Shown here: positions 53,501-64,000 of the stretch, in pieces
Numbering within the stretch: position 1 is the first letter of the stretch
How the letters are laid out: each line of letters opens with the position of its first letter
Source of the DNA: Trichinella spiralis
Lineage: Eukaryota
Length of the DNA: 64,000 nt
Assembly (NCBI RefSeq): GCF_000181795.1
Contig: NW_003526943.1
Coordinates: forward strand, 8,597,472-8,661,471
Direction of reading: 5' to 3'
Translations under genes and position numbers: made by a program
Notes under the pieces: model-generated
The model's input: the letters and a program-made list of their open reading frames with translations, nothing else
Database searches by the model: none
Told to the model about the DNA's origin: nothing

Positions 53501-56500
53501 AAATTGTGCATCATATTTAAATGCATTATTTTAACAACTTTCACAAAAAGCAAATCTCTTACGTTGTTTGCAAATTCGACCAGGTCGAGATGAATTTGGT
53601 GAAATATCAAAAAACCCATTTTTGCAAGAGCACGTATATCCACCTTCTGTTTCTGTGCATACTGCATTAACTTTGTCACAGTCATTTAAAGAAGGGTCAT
53701 CACAAGCGGGAATTGCTAAAAATAATAATGACGTGTGTGCAATTTCATTTCATAAATATTTTCAGGTATAAGTTTTGATAAATAAAGGTAACAGATAAAC
53801 TTTAATACTTCTTAGACAAACTCTTCCGGGTCTTGAAAATGGATTAGGTGATTTATCTTGATAACCAGATGGACATATACATTCAAACTGGTCTTCGCCT
53901 TTAGGTATACACTGCGCATTAGGATCACAATCATTGTTGCCTGGACTGCACATAACATTTACCACTTCTGAAAGTATTGAATTTTGTTGAAGTTTCAAAA
54001 GCAATATTTAATTTTTTAGCAATAAACGTATTCTATAGTTACAGATGCAATCAAAAAGATATCCTCTAAATTTAATTCATAACAGTGTGATACGTTAATG
54101 TTTTCTCAAAATTTGGCTAAAATGAACTACCTTTTTCACATAATCTTCCTGGTTTAGAAAACTTTAGCTTATCAGCATATCCACTTTTGCAAACGCAAAT
54201 GTAAGATTCATCTGTATCAAGGCATACAGCATTGGGTGAACAGTCATTCAACATGGGATCTGCACATTCGTTACGTTCTGTAAAACTGGGAATTAATGAA
54301 AGTATTTTAATATAGGCGTAAATTTTTTACTTTCGCGACAATCTAATCCAGGCATTTGTCTGGGATTCGGAGATACATCTACAAATCCTGGATTACATTG
54401 GCAAAGATAACCTTCAGCCAAGTTGATGCAGTGTGCATTAACAGAGCAGTTATGATTGCCAGATTGACAATGATCTTCACTTTCTAAAGAAAATTCCAAT
54501 CAAAATAAATCAAACAAAGAAAACAATTTCATAATAATATGTTACTCAGTATGCATACGCGTCCAGACTTCTTTGGATTTGAACTCAAATCTAAATAACC
54601 CACTCTACATTGACATAAATAACTTTCTGGTGTATCAATGCACAATGCCATTGGATCACAGTCATGAGTTTTTGCCAGACATTCATTTATTACTGCAAAA
54701 TTGGAAATGTTATATAAAGAATTTTAAAATTTTGTTGCATCCCCTTACAGCAAATCTGAGTAGCAGGATCTCGAACTGAAAACTTCGGACATTGGCAAAT
54801 GTGGTTGCCATTTTGGTCTGGAGCACAAATTTCATGGCGCCTAGCATCACATGACGCTTCCAATTTAGGATCACATGCACCAGGTATATCTAAGCATAAT
54901 ATTTTAGTAAGAAAAAATATTATCAAAGATTGAAATATTAAATAAAGAAAAAAGACAATGAAGTAAAATTGCAGAGAATATTATAAAGAAATAATTTGTA
55001 ATATCGTACCACAAATGCCACTTTTTGGATTTCTCTCTAACCCATTCTTACAAACACATTCATTTAATCCACTGGGCTGCTTAACACATTCTTCATTTTT
55101 AGGACAAAATGACACATCACCAACAGTGCAACCCAAAACCACCTCTTCCATTTTACGATCTGATACGGACAGTTCCTTCACTGCAGAAAAATAAAGCATT
55201 TAGAGATTAAGCATTGAGCAAAACTTCAAATGCATACCGCAAAATCCAGTAGAAGGAAGACGATGATAGTCATCAGGGCACACACACCGATAATTACCAT
55301 ATGGTGATTTTTCACATATTTCTGGATCAGGACAAGATGTTTTAACTTCTGGGTTACAAGAATCTCCACCTGCAAAGAAAACACTAATTATACCAAATCA
55401 AATAGTTAAAATTTACAAAAATGTTCACCGCAAACATCTGTCAAAGGATGTCGCTTAAATCCTTCTGGACAGTCACAAACATAAAAGCTGTCTGAAATGA
55501 CAATGCATATCTCGTTTTTGGAAGCATCACATGCGCTCGTTTCATTCAAATTGCATTTTCTTTTTTTATCGCTTAATGCCACAAATGGAGCTAAATAATT
55601 AAAAGTATTTTATGTATACTGAATGCAGAACAATAAATTAAAATGTTTATTAATGGAGAACTGTTTTTGAGTTCTTGAGGCAAAATATGAAATTCACTTA
55701 CGGCAAGCTGCTTTTTGAATCAAACTACGCAGCCGGACGTTCAGATCTGTAAATTCTTTTACAAGAAACACCCTGTCTTTGGAGCCGGCTATTTCAACCA
55801 ACTCCGCCTCAGAGACGTGATCAGTAACGCCCACAGCGAACATGAGAACATTGCTTTTTTTCGCTTCATTTGCAGAGAAACTTACAATATCTTGTGAACG
55901 GCCATCTGTAATCACAATTGCAACACGGTGGACACCAGTTTCAATTGGTCTAGCACCACGACTTTCGCTTAAAATGGTAAAAAATTTTGTAGCAAATGTA
56001 GAACTGAAGTAAAGTAAATAAAGCACTGAAGCACTGAAGTAAATAAAACCAAAAAATAGTTGCCTTTACCTGAATCCAATTTTAAACATATCTGTTAGTG
56101 CATCACCAGTCTTCGTCAATCCAGTCAAATATTCAACACGGTTCAATGCTTCATCTACCTCTGCTTTACTATTTGCCTCTTTGAAATCTAATTCATGTCT
56201 GATCTGATCGCTGTATTGAATAATTGCTAATCGTGTATGATTAGAACCGATGGTGAAAAGATTTATGAATTCTCGTAAAAATCGCAAAATTTCGTTTTTG
56301 AATACAGCTGAACCTATACTTCCTGATCCGTCTAAGACAAACATCAAATCAGTTGGCTGAGTAGGACAATATGTTTCTAAAAAATGTATATGTTATTATA
56401 AAGTATGTAACGACCTGCTTGTGCTTACGTATAGTGCACACTCGACCAGGTGGCAAATCAGCACTGCTAGATACATCAACATATCCTGGCGCACAAACAC

Positions 56501-59500
56501 AAGCATAGCCTTCTGGAAGATCAATACAATCAGCGCTGTCATCACATGTGTTCAGAGTTCTCAAGGCACATTCATTGGTAGCTATATAAAACGTAGTTTT
56601 AATAATTTTATGGATGGGATCTTATCATAGAAATGAAAGTCGCTACTATTAAAGCATTTTCGACCAGGCGGAAGATCAAATTGTGATGATGCATCAGTGT
56701 AACCAGCTTTACAAGAACAAGCATAACCTTCTCTGGTGTCCACACATTCCGCAAATGGCGAACAGTCATTTAAAACAGGCGAGGCACATTCGTTTACAAC
56801 TGAAATAATCACAGATCAGAGTAATGAACATATTTGCAGCTATACAAGATTTATTAAAATATATATCCAAGTAAATTAACAAATACACAAAGCTTTCTGA
56901 AAATTTATTGTGAAGAAAATGTTTTAGAGTCGTCACTTCAAAAGTCAAATTGCAGTTCTTACCTTGTCTGCATTTTCGTCCAGGTTTGTTCACTGGATCA
57001 TCAGAAACATCAATAAAATCAGGTTTACACTGACAAGAATGTGAATCTACAGAATTTGTGCAAAACGCATTTTTGTCACAGTCATTTAGCTGCTTATCAT
57101 CACAAGCATGTAACACTAAATTGAAGCATAGTAATCATACATGCTAATATTTAATTTTATGAATTTACTTTTGCATGTTCCATCTTCCAAACGTTCAGCA
57201 TGTGGTGGGCAACGGCAATAATAATTGCCATTGACTTCCGTGCATATTTCAGCTCCATGACAAGCGTTAGGATCTGATGGATCACAAGGTTCCATTATAA
57301 AAGAAATTTCTACTGAACTGGACTTCATTTTTGGCAAAATACAAGCACGCCCCGGAAAATGGTTTACATCCGGTGACACGTCGACAAAACCCTCACGGCA
57401 TCTACATACATAACCTTCTTTAGCATCTTCACAAATGGCATCTTCTGAGCAGTCGTGCAATTTTTTGTCCAAGCATTCATTTACAGCTACAACAGTATAT
57501 TTATAGATAAAAAGCAACATAATTTCGCCAGTATTTACCAAAAACACATTTTCGCCCAGGTAGTTTGTTGTAGTATTCCGACACATCAACAAAACCAGGC
57601 TTACATCGACATTCATATGACAGGGCAGTGTCTACGCATATAGCATCCGAATCACAGTCAACATTATATTTTTCAGCTTCATTGCACTCATTTACAACTA
57701 AATGTTATAAGATATTTACATGCATTGAAATTTAACTGTTTAAATGACATACGTGGAACGCATATCCTCCCAGGAGCGTTTTCAGGATCTGTTGATGCAT
57801 CCACAAAACCTGGTCTGCACTGACAAGTGTATGATTCAGGTTGATCAATGCATTCAGCATCTGAGTGGCATGTATTCAGCTTCAATTCTTTACACTCATT
57901 GACACCTTGAAATACTGAAAAATGTAACAAGAAAACTTTTATTCAAATAAAATTTTACCTTTACAACGTCCATCTGGCAAACGAAAAACTCCATGAGGAC
58001 AACCACATTTGTAAGCACCGTCATTGAAAAGGCACACTTCGAAAAGATCCGTATTACAGGTGCGAGGATCGTCAACTTTGCATGATGAATCCTCTTGCAG
58101 CATTTTAACTTTAATAAATAAAATTAAGTAAACAAACATATTAAAAAATTATTCAAACTTTAAATTTATAAATAAAAAACAGTACGTGTACCTGCTGAGC
58201 AAATTCTTCCAGGAAATTCTTTGCGATTTGGCGATACATCAACATATCCTTCCTTGCATCGGCACAAATAACTTTCCGCTGTATCGATACAGACCGCATC
58301 CGGAGAGCAATCATGATAATGCAATGTGCATTCATCTCTCACTTTAAAATGCAAGTTCATATTATTTTAACTGTAAGGCGTGCTAATGAAAATGGTTTAA
58401 GTTAAATCAATTATTACTTGGCAAGTATTTAAACAAAATATAATGTACATTTAATTTTTTCAATAAACTGCACTAGTTAACGTATTTTCTAAAGCAAGCT
58501 GCATTTGCAGACTAGTTTTGATTTCAAACGCTAGCTTTTCAAAGTTTCTCTTTCAGTAAATCTATTTCTAGCATAAAACTCTGTCCTTGTGAAAATTATA
58601 AGTTCCCTAAATACGTAAACTATATTAAATCAAATAGATGCTCCGTTTCCTGTGCTCATTGAAAGCATAGTTCAAGGACGACTGAACAGTATGATGACAT
58701 GCATGATGTAATCATAAAGAAAGCATTGTTTGATTAAAATAAAATCAAAAATGGTTATCAAAGCATACAATAAAGTTAAATATACAATAAAATAATGGTT
58801 ACATTCTTGACAAATTCTTCCAGGTTGCTTTCCGTACTTCAGTGATACATCCCAGAAGCCAACTCGACAATGGCACAGATATCCGTGCTCAGTATCAATG
58901 CAATCTGCGTCATTAGCACAATCATTTTTTCCACGATCCAAACATTCATTTTCTCCTGAAAATAGTCACATAATCAAAAGGGATAAATTTCAGTATACAT
59001 AACATTTCAACAACTTTTTTGACAACGTCTCCCTGGCTTGAGAGCTACGTCATCAGAGACATCAAGCCAATTATCTGGACAAACACAATTATAAGACTGT
59101 GGTGTGTCTATGCATGTTGCAACTGGATCACAGTGATGAATTCCAAGATGACACTCATCAATCACTAAAATGCAAAACGTTAAAGTGTGACTCAAAATGC
59201 CGAACACTGCAAACATAAAATAGATTATAATCAAAAGAAAGACTGCTTTTTTAAATAATAGTAACATTAATTCAATAACTAAAACTTTTTGCACATTTAA
59301 TTTTCATTTATATGGTACAAAATAATTTTCCGTTAAATTTGCATATTCATTTATTACAAAAACACATTTCTCTTTCACAGTATAGTTTTGTTTGATTTGT
59401 AAAAATAGTATTCTATAATTGAAGAAGAGCAATAAATTTATTCCATAAGATATGTAAATTTTTCAAATTTTCTCCTTAAAAAGCAATTTTCATTCTTGTC

Positions 59501-62500
59501 AAAATTACTGAAAATTGCCATTTTACCGATTATCATGCTGATGCCCTAAAATTGTCACATATAAAGAAAGAACAGGTGCGCATTGGCACAATTCTCATTG
59601 TGCATATGTCTGCTTTCTTATTCTGCAAGAATGAAAATAATTGAATAGTATTAACAGTACAAAACAGTTTAAAGTTAATTTTCCAAAAATAACAAGATTA
59701 AAACGCTACGTTAGAAAAGTAACTTACATTGGCGACATACTCGACCAGGCTTTTTGTGATCTGGAGACAGATCAATGAAACCGTGAGAGCAGGCACATTC
59801 ATATTCTCCAACCTCTTTGGAAAGACATATAGCATGGTTGTCACAGTCATTCAAAGTTCGATTTAAACATGGATTATTAGCTAAAAAGTTCATTATGAAA
59901 AAATTTACAAATAAAAAATGACAGTTAAAAATTTTTTGAATGAAACTGCTCCATTCAGCATAATAATAATACAACTTGACATGATTTCATATACATCTTT
60001 AAATTATTCTATTAAAAATTTGAATTTGTTAAATTATTCAACGGGCAATGTTTTACAAGCAATCAAATCAGTTGTGCTAGAAGCACAAGATTTTTACAAT
60101 AGCTTCAAATGAAAATGTTATTTTTACTAGGTTATCAAAACAGAATAGTTCCTGTATAAGCGCTAGCTTAAATATAATAATAGTCTACAATGGTCCATTA
60201 TTCAACAGTTGATAAAATTACAATAGCTGATTTCCTGGGTTTGAATTGAATATTTTTTATTGAAAAATTAAAAAAAGTAATTTTATGTAACTTATCGTTT
60301 ATTGTTTTTGTTGCTATTAACGTACGTAATTCAAAACTAAGTACATTCTTATACATTAGAGTGTAGTGGAGTTGAGAATTGTGTGACCAGTAGTAAATGT
60401 AATGATGCGCTAATCCGTAGCTTAAGGGAATGCAAAAAACAAAAGTAATAATTTTAAGAATCTTTTAAAAAATGCAATAGCCCTGCAAGAAACACAACTT
60501 CATTTAATGACATTAAATAAAAATATCTGATTAGAAAATAAATTAATATACTTCATAAAATGAAGTTAAAACACTTCAGAAAAATCAAAGTATTCAACTA
60601 AAAAAGAATTAAGTTACTCCATGAGATCTAAAAAAGAACTGAAAAAGTAAAATTTACCAAAATGGACATCTACAAGTCCATCGCACTGTAAGCTTTTGTA
60701 AAGCAACTGCAAAAATAACAACAAGGATAGAATATGAAACCATTTAGATTTCGTGATCATCGAAAATGTTAAACTGGAAATGAAATGTTGAACACCAAAG
60801 AAGAATAGCCCTAAAGTTTGCTAGCGTACAAAAGTTCAAATAGCAGATGGTGAGCGGATAGTTGAAAATAACTAGATAATGTAAATGATCCCAGCAGATC
60901 AACGTCATTGAATTTTGAGATTCAGCCAATCATGCAACACTGCTGATTGCTGTTGCTGAGAGAATGAGGAAGGTCACAGGCAATCTTTGTTGCACAGAAT
61001 GCAGTTATAATGGACTGCTGCAATGCTGTTTTTCCATCAATGGTAGGTCAAAAATACTGAGCGGCAGCTACTGCATTCTGGGATATGCATATATACATAT
61101 AACGCTATTGTTATGAATGTTAAGAATCTTTTTCCCACAAGTTATGAAGCCTCCCATGAATTTGGATGTCTTGAAAGTGTTTTGTCTTAAAAATATTTAT
61201 AAATTTGAAAAGAATTCTCGCTTTAAAGACTATTTCTGGCATGAGAAATGCGTATTCAATTGAAAAATGTCTCAGAGCATAGAAAAGCTCATCTGCAAGG
61301 TAGGCAAGGTGTTTTTATTGTTACAACTAACTTTCATATCCTTTAAAAATGAATAATAACCATATGGAGTATAAAATATAAAATGTGTTGAATAATTTTA
61401 TGAGTATTAAAAATTTATCTATAAAATTAGAAGCAAAATTTTCATAAATTATTCAATTTATGCTATTATAGAGCTTCTTGCTTACTGTTTAAGAATTATA
61501 ATAATAATATGAAAAAATTATTTATATTTAATTTACATTACTGGATGATCTCTCAAAACTAAATTAAAAGTTTTGAATTTAATGCAAGTACAAGAATAAT
61601 AAAATTAGACAATTACTGATCACATTCGTAACTTTGATGGCAAAAGTATTTTCCTAACTTAAATCAATTTTTTTCAAAATTATTCCCGCATTAAAAAATG
61701 CACAAAATATCTGTTCTTTTTAATAAGAGAATTAAATATTTCTTTACCAATAGAGCACTTCCTTCCGGGATTTGTAGGATTGAGGTCAATGTAACCCGGC
61801 TTACAGCGACAAACGAAAGAGTCAATTGTGTCCAAGCATTCAGCATTCAATTTGTCACAATCGTTTAATGCATTGTCCTTGCATTCATCAACAACTGAAA
61901 AGATCGAAAAATAGCATTAACAAATTTTTGCATAAATTTTTAAAAATGTGATGAAAGCTTAATTACTGTATTAAAAATTTAACAGTTTGGATAATTGTTG
62001 AATGCAGTTTTTACTATTACTAAGAAATACCTATTCCAAAAATATTTTTTAAAAATGAATTTGATTTGTTAATACCCCTGATGATTCAAAAAGATTTTGA
62101 TCATCATTAAGTTTGAACAATGTAGTGACATATTCAAGCAAAAATAATTCAGCTGTTATGACTAATCAGTGTAAAACTTATAAGATAATACATTTAATAT
62201 TTTAATAATGAATTATTTCAAAATCCAACAGTGATCAAACATAGTAAAATAAGCTTTTCAGTAGTAAAAGTGACATGTAACGTTGAATTATATTTGAAAT
62301 ATTTTCGTGTTATTTAAGAAAAATTTCAATTTCAAATTTTGAATTGCAGTATTTTGCATTGAATAAAGGAATAATAATAAAGGAACATTTAATTGATCGT
62401 AATATTTGCTCACTATCCTAATTTTCAAATATTACCATTTATTATTTTTCACCAAAATACATTTAAACAACAAATCCTAAAAGAAAATCAGAACTTTCAA

Positions 62501-63794
62501 TTAAAAAATTCACGCGCTTACTTAAATGACATATTCGTCCAGGTCGTTTCGTAGGATCCTGTGAGCGGTCAATAAAACCATCTTTGCAACGACATTTGAA
62601 GCTTTCTAATGTATCCAAACATTCCGCATTCTCACTGCAATCATTGTCTAATTTGTTTTCACATTCATTTTTTACTGAAAAGATGCTTAATTTAGTATAG
62701 CAATAATAAAAAGAATAGTACTTCAAAATATTTAATTACTAGGAATGCACTTTCTTCCAGGATATTGATTCACAGAAGGTGAGATGTCACTAAATCCTTC
62801 CCTACATTGACATGTATACCCACCAGGAAGATCCAGACAGTCAGCATTTCGATCACAATCATTCGTGCGGGTATCTTTGCATTCATCCACCACTAATAAT
62901 AATAAATGATGCAAATGTATCGTAATTTCATACTTTTAATAATAAGTAACTGTACATGGAATGCACTTTCTGCCTGGATATTTTCGAGGTTTCGGTGAAA
63001 CATCTAAATAACCTTCTTTGCACAAGCATTCGTATGAGATTGGATTATCCATGCAAGTTGCTGTCGGATCACAGTCATTTAACTTTGAGTCTGCGCATTC
63101 GTCCACCAACGCTGCAAATAAACAATGAAAGCGTATATAATGTATAAAAAGGAAGTGATCCTGAACGTACAAATGCAGAGTTTCGATTTCGGATGACGCG
63201 CATAGCCAATTTTGCATGAACAACCGTATATGCCGTTCACTTTTGAGCACATTTCATTTTCACCATTGCAAGAATTATTCAAATACATTGCACAAAAGTT
63301 TGCCTCTGATGCATTTGTGAAAATACTGACAGTGACTTTCTGATCGTAGATCAGTTCAACTGTTGGACTTGATTTCCAGATTGCATCGTTTGTCATATAA
63401 CACTGGTCTGTATATGGTAATCTTATATAGCCGGGACGACAAGCGCACTGGGGAATATTATTAATAATCTATTCAAATAATTTTACTTGATTATTTTTTC
63501 AAATAATTTATAATTGAAAAACAAAGCTTACCAAACATATCTCATTTAATTCATCACGACAGTGTTTCATTTTGTCTTGATTGCAAGGAAAAGTACTGGC
63601 CACTAAAAGTGATGGTTCATGCTGTTTTTTCCTCTGAGAAATGGTCTCCCTAGCACAATGCATATCATCCAGGTAGCCGTTGGCTAAAGGTTCGTCAGAA
63701 CCATCCAGACAATCAATTTTTGAATTGTTAAACTTTAACAAGTCTATGCATCGTGGCATACCACAACGGCATTGGAACTGAAGTTGAGTGCATT
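44570..63794 (-). CDS. mua-3: MUA-3-like transmembrane cell-matrix adhesion receptor (LDLa, many EGF repeats, vWA, two SEA, TM, cytoplasmic tail); 5' end lies beyond the window
   Basis: LDLa exon starts at 63794 (CTQLQFQC..CID..DCLDGSDE). Dozens of phase-1 Ca-EGF exons ending PGRxC. vWA with intact MIDAS (LDGSGS..T..TDG) at ~56350-55700, SEA modules at ~48200-47000, TM VVLLIVFAVIFFLITLCCLLYF at ~46070-46000 and a tail with IPRAKL/IPRAHL. Stop at 44572-44570. Confidence 0.9.
60658..60760 (-). CDS. Putative alternative first coding exon (signal peptide) of the mua-3-like gene
   Basis: ATG at 60760 reads MITKSKWFHILSLLLFLQLLYKSLQCDGLVDVHF, then a phase-1 GTAAAT donor in frame with the EGF exon starting at 59880. 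A TTTCCAG acceptor sits 13 nt upstream of the ATG. Confidence 0.7.
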
Positions 63795-64000
63795 CTGAAC
63801 AATATAAATATAATATTTACAAAACTAAAATTACTTAGGAAATTGAAAATATTTATTTTTCAATAAATTTAAACGGTTTTCTTTAAAAGTGATGTCAATT
63901 TTAAAATCACTTTATAAAAAGAGATTTTTTTATAGATTAACAGTTTAAAAATTATATACTGGATGTACTTTTTACAGTAAATAGTAGCTTTAGTGTGAAA

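Noticed and set aside
48600..63120. Regularly recurring similar segments suggestive of a repeat or CRISPR-like array
   Set aside because: These are paralogous EGF exons separated by introns. There are no identical direct repeats and the context is eukaryotic.
1..64000. tRNA, rRNA, snRNA, SL RNA or snoRNA genes
   Set aside because: No convincing box or cloverleaf structures by eye. An Infernal or tRNAscan-SE run is needed to exclude them.

Overview
AT-rich, intron-dense eukaryotic genomic DNA. The TTTCAG-type acceptors, many ~45-70 nt introns and the gene set point to a nematode; I infer a clade I parasite such as Trichinella, but this is not proven. Recognisable genes, in order: last exon of a beta-mannosidase (+), CNK scaffold (+), patched-related protein (-), TRMT2A (+), DDX47/RRP3 (-), an uncharacterised nucleoside-phosphorylase-fold protein (+), a small secreted PLAC/ShKT-like protein (+), CUEDC1 (+), separase (-), Rogdi (+), a four-repeat beta-thymosin (+) and a 5'-truncated MUA-3-like EGF/vWA/SEA transmembrane adhesion receptor (-). 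An accessory island at 28-30 kb holds a stop-interrupted hydrophobic frame, a diverged tandem duplication and an LTR-like element. The most interesting unexplained structures are: (1) a signal-peptide-coding alternative first exon inside a mua-3 intron; (2) an alternative 3' end inside the CNK PH domain; (3) an operon-like mannosidase-CNK junction; (4) a near-consensus CTCF site upstream of the patched-related gene; and (5) a PNP-fold protein resembling immune ATP nucleosidases but with a remodelled active site. All exon boundaries were read by eye and family assignments come from motif recall, not database searches.
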